Positions 33,157-36,480 of a stretch of 36,480 nucleotides of DNA are shown piece after piece (within the stretch, counting starts at the first letter, position 1; each line of letters opens with the position of its first letter). The translations under genes were made by a program, and so were the position numbers. The notes under the pieces were generated by a model that saw only the letters and a list, made by a program, of their open reading frames with translations, searched no databases and was not told the origin of the DNA. This DNA is from Kipferlia bialata (taxonomy: Eukaryota): contig BDIP01000047.1 of assembly GCA_003568945.1 (NCBI GenBank), forward strand, positions 1 to 36,480, read 5' to 3'.

Positions 33157-34123
33157 TTACAAGCCTACACACTTGCCGACCAGACGTACGCTCTTCCGTA
33201 GCACAAACATGATTGCCTTGGCAGCACCGTACATTGGTATCATCTCTGCCACAGACAGAAAGCACCAGATGGCAGCCTGCTCGTGGAGGTTGTCGGTGAG
33301 GAGGTAGGAGAGACCTGGGCCGGCAAGGAACAGGATGACGCCGCTGAGACCGGCCTCGACAGTGCCACGGACAAAGAAGGGGGCGAACATGAGGAAGGCG
33401 TGCAGGGACATGCTGGGCTTCCAGGGACTGTATGTGATGTCGACCATGGGGATGGACCAGCCGAGGTGGATGTTGCCGGTGAGGGTGCAGAGCTGCTCGC
33501 CCCTGAGCCACTCAGTCTGCACACAAAGGCCAGGCCCCGTCATCTGAGGGCCAGACACATACACTAGGAGCCAGCGCAGTATCATCATGCCTGCGCCCAT
33601 GAGGCAGAGACGACCCACGATCTTGTTGACAAACCGCTGGTACGTGTTGTCATCCGGGTGGAAGGAGCGGTGCTGACCATAAGAACCGAAACTTACACTA
33701 TATACATGCTAGGTGAATTGATAATGACACTTCAAAGTTTGAAATAGTAATCGTACTTACCAGAACATAAGGCTGGAAGCAGATGTGGATGTAACCGAGG
33801 ACCGTGAGGATCTTGTTGAACGGATTGTCACACTGGTCTATGAAGCTGTAAGAGAGGAACTGGATGGCCTCCATCCCTGCGAAATACTGAGAATAAGTGG
33901 ATGGTCGGAATAGGGACTAGCAGAACTAGAATGGATACATAATGACATGAAGAAACCCATATAAACACTGTGACTGGCATACAGCAAGGACTAGGTGGCA
34001 AAGAAGGAGTCTTACCCAGATTCGGTTGGCCATCTGGCGATCCTTGAGGAACTTCACGGTTACGACACCCATGAATATGCCAAAGAGCACAAGACATCCC
34101 GCAATAGGTTGGTTGAAACACAT
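33157..34123 (-). CDS. Multi-pass membrane protein of the DUF5765-like family, about 261 aa, 3 exons
   Basis: Exons 34123-34016, 33886-33761, 33708-33157. Motifs MCF, YFAGMEAIQ, IDQCDNPFNKILTVLGYIHICFQP, LCTLTGNIHLGW, GPGLSYLLTDNLHEQAAIWC match DUF5765 as I recall it. Confidence 0.75.
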
Positions 34124-34598
34124 CTGATTGTATTGTCACTGATTGGTTGTTGATTGGCTCCAGAAAGTTGAACTTGAAGTTCGTCGTGGGTTGCCGCTGC
34201 CGTCGATATTCCACCAAAAACTTCCGACAATTTGCGCAAGGGTTTACCTGTTATTCCACTTCGTTCATCTGCAATTTCATCTGACCGCCAACCCTTTTAG
34301 CTCTCTCCTATGCACTGTTTCCAGCACAACGCGGTATATCCTACTAGCTATGTAATTCAATTAATTCTGATGACACTACTGGAAAAGGGATCGTCATGTC
34401 GTTCAACAACACACATGAGTATACAAACGTCGTTCAGTACGATAGACATGTCACAAGGATGATCAAACGGAGCACTACAGCTAGTCCAGTCCCAGCCTTA
34501 TACACCTGATCGACCTGATCGAGAGTGAATATCTAGTTTATGGCTTGGTTGAGGCCATCCACTTGGTGCATCGCTATCGATACATCGAAGTTTCTGAT

Positions 34599-36421
34599 TC
34601 AGTCATTGACAAACAGTGACAGACCCCTCTCTCTGATGAGTGAACACCCAGGCAACACACTGCCACACAGGCTGAACTGAGCACACAGATCAAGCAGAGA
34701 CTCAGATGGTGTGGGGTCTGTGTCCCATGTGATAACACACACGGCATCCCATCCGCCAGCACCTGGGGTGAGGACACACCATGGGATGACGAGGTAAGTA
34801 TATATGCGATATCCTATATACCACAGCATACCCGGGCACATTCCCAGCATGTGTGTGCCATGGGCATTGACGGCATCGAGGAAGGGGGTCACCTGGGGGT
34901 GGGTATATATACATGAATACTATTATGTATTAATACAATAATATATCTAGGACCCATCACATATATATATATCGCATATGTACAGTTTTCCTTGCCTCAG
35001 TTGGTTCCACCTTCACTCCATAATCATCCACCCAACCCCTGAGGCACAGTCTAACAGCTAGCAATGCCTCCAGTGACGCAGAGTATGACGTTTGGGAAGG
35101 CTGGGAGAGGAACCCCGCCAGTGCGTGTACACACTTGGCACATAGTGCTGCATATGCCTCCATCGCTGACTGGGGCACCCTGTCTCTGACAGTGGCCATG
35201 GCCTTCCTGGTGTTGCACGAGGAGAACACCCCTCCCTGCCCTGATGCCGTATCTGCCTGTGAAGGCATGGGGGCCAGGCTGAGCATGCACACATCCAGGG
35301 AGGGGTGGAGTGGGCACCCCAGGGGCAAGCCTTGGAGGGTGGCAGGGGGAACCCCCTTCGATATCACCAGACACCCGGCAGTTAGGGCAGTGGCCACGTC
35401 GTACCCGCTGCCCTCCCCACCCTGTGCTGCTGTGTGGCACAGTAGGGCGGAGGAGAGGGGCTGGGAGTGCGTGGTGTGGACATGAGTATACATGGCCTTG
35501 GAGCTGACTCTGTCCTCATAGAGCTTGGCCCCCAGCCGGTATGCGGCCTCTGCCAGACAGGCTATCAGTGCAGAGGAGGAGCCTAGGCCAGTCTTGTGGG
35601 TACTCTGAGTGGCACCCCTCAGGGAGATAGGGTGGGTGGGTGTGTGATGGAAGCAGTTGTGAGTTGTGGGGGACACCCTGATGGAGAGGGAGAGCAGCGG
35701 TGGGTGGTGGGCCTCAGGCAATACGTGATTGAGCACCATCGCCAGCCCATTGGACAGGAAGGGGTTGATTGGCTTGCCTCTGTGGCATACGGCTCTTTCC
35801 AGTTGTGGCAAGAGGGGGAGGGAGGGGGAGAGAGACACAGAGCACGTGAGCGGGGGCTCAACGCATGTGTACTGCACACAGACATCAGGCACTGCGGCTG
35901 GGTCACTGACCACATCCTGACCCTGATACTGATAGTGATACACGGCATCCATGTCACACCTATCATGTCAATGCAGCACTAGAGGGGGGGGGGGTGGACT
36001 TAGACAGCCAGCATACATGTATGAGAGTCAGGACATAATGAACTATTATACAACAGCCTAGAGAAGAAGAGGGAGACAACAGAAGTGGCACATTTGCAGA
36101 ATTGACTGTGCTCAAAGGGTGTTATAACACTCCGTACACACAGTCACCAAAAGACCTTACTCAACCATTTACAGCAGCTGACCTGTATCCAGGTGACAGG
36201 GCAAATGCCAAGCCAAGGGAGTTGCTGTGGAGTATGGCGTACCCCCCTACAAAGAGGGCCTTGGCACGGCCATACCCGGTAACAGACAGGGAGAGGGGTG
36301 GGCTCTTATGAGGATTGGATGGAGATGATGAGTCAACAGACACGACATACCCTCTGGTGGGACTGCTGAGTGGTGGCATCAGTGGAGAAGAAGAAACCGA
36401 AGAGTCAAATGCTTGACTCAT
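34599..36421 (-). CDS. ERG8: Phosphomevalonate kinase, GHMP family, ERG8 (fungal/plant) type, at least 4-5 exons
   Basis: ATG at 36421. AKALFVGGYAIL, NPF, KTGLGSSSAL, HTAAQGGEGSGYDVA, GVKVEP, CPG|AGGWDA; TGA at 34599. Exon structure between about 35780 and 36180 is unresolved. Confidence 0.88.
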
Positions 36422-36480
36422 CGAGTAGGGCTTCAAAAATATAGAAATAGAATAAAATATAGAATAATGATATTCTATAT

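Noticed and set aside
33673..33696. Possible 24-nt mini-intron GTAAGT...CAG in the DUF5765-like gene
   Set aside because: In frame, stop-free and without a clear branch site; it encodes VSFGSYGQ, which plausibly continues the helix after FQP. Treated as coding.
1..36480. Hexamitid-type TAA/TAG-to-Gln code reassignment
   Set aside because: Conserved genes end at TAA or TAG in expected positions (RPL4, NOB1) and no in-frame TAR interrupts conserved domains.

Overview
Gene-dense, intron-containing eukaryotic DNA using the standard genetic code. Introns are mostly short GT-AG with CTGAC/CTCAC branch points and (CT)n or poly-C tracts. The style (GC-rich exons, ERER/(GA)n runs, strongly diverged housekeeping genes) suggests a free-living fornicate/metamonad such as Kipferlia; this is inference, not established. 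Reconstructed by hand, left to right: first exon of MLH1 (absent from the ORF track), a possible small hypothetical gene, a USP deubiquitinase, a coiled-coil protein, an AGC (S6K/SGK-type) kinase, a minimal Orc1/Cdc6-like ATPase, a HEATR3/Syo1-like protein, a TFIIIC subunit 6-like protein, RPL4, a coiled-coil RING ligase, NOB1, a pseudokinase, a SPRY-Sec5-like protein, a large coiled-coil/PH protein, a DUF5765-like membrane protein and an ERG8-type phosphomevalonate kinase. The most unusual signals are chains of overlapping fold-back palindromes (A-A'-A) in intergenic DNA, a shared GGGTCC-N5-GGACCGTCC motif, a probable GT-AT intron, a duplicated splice acceptor, the SPRY-Sec5 fusion and a cluster of ribosome/5S-RNP biogenesis genes. 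I recognised no CRISPR array, tRNA/rRNA gene or transposase.
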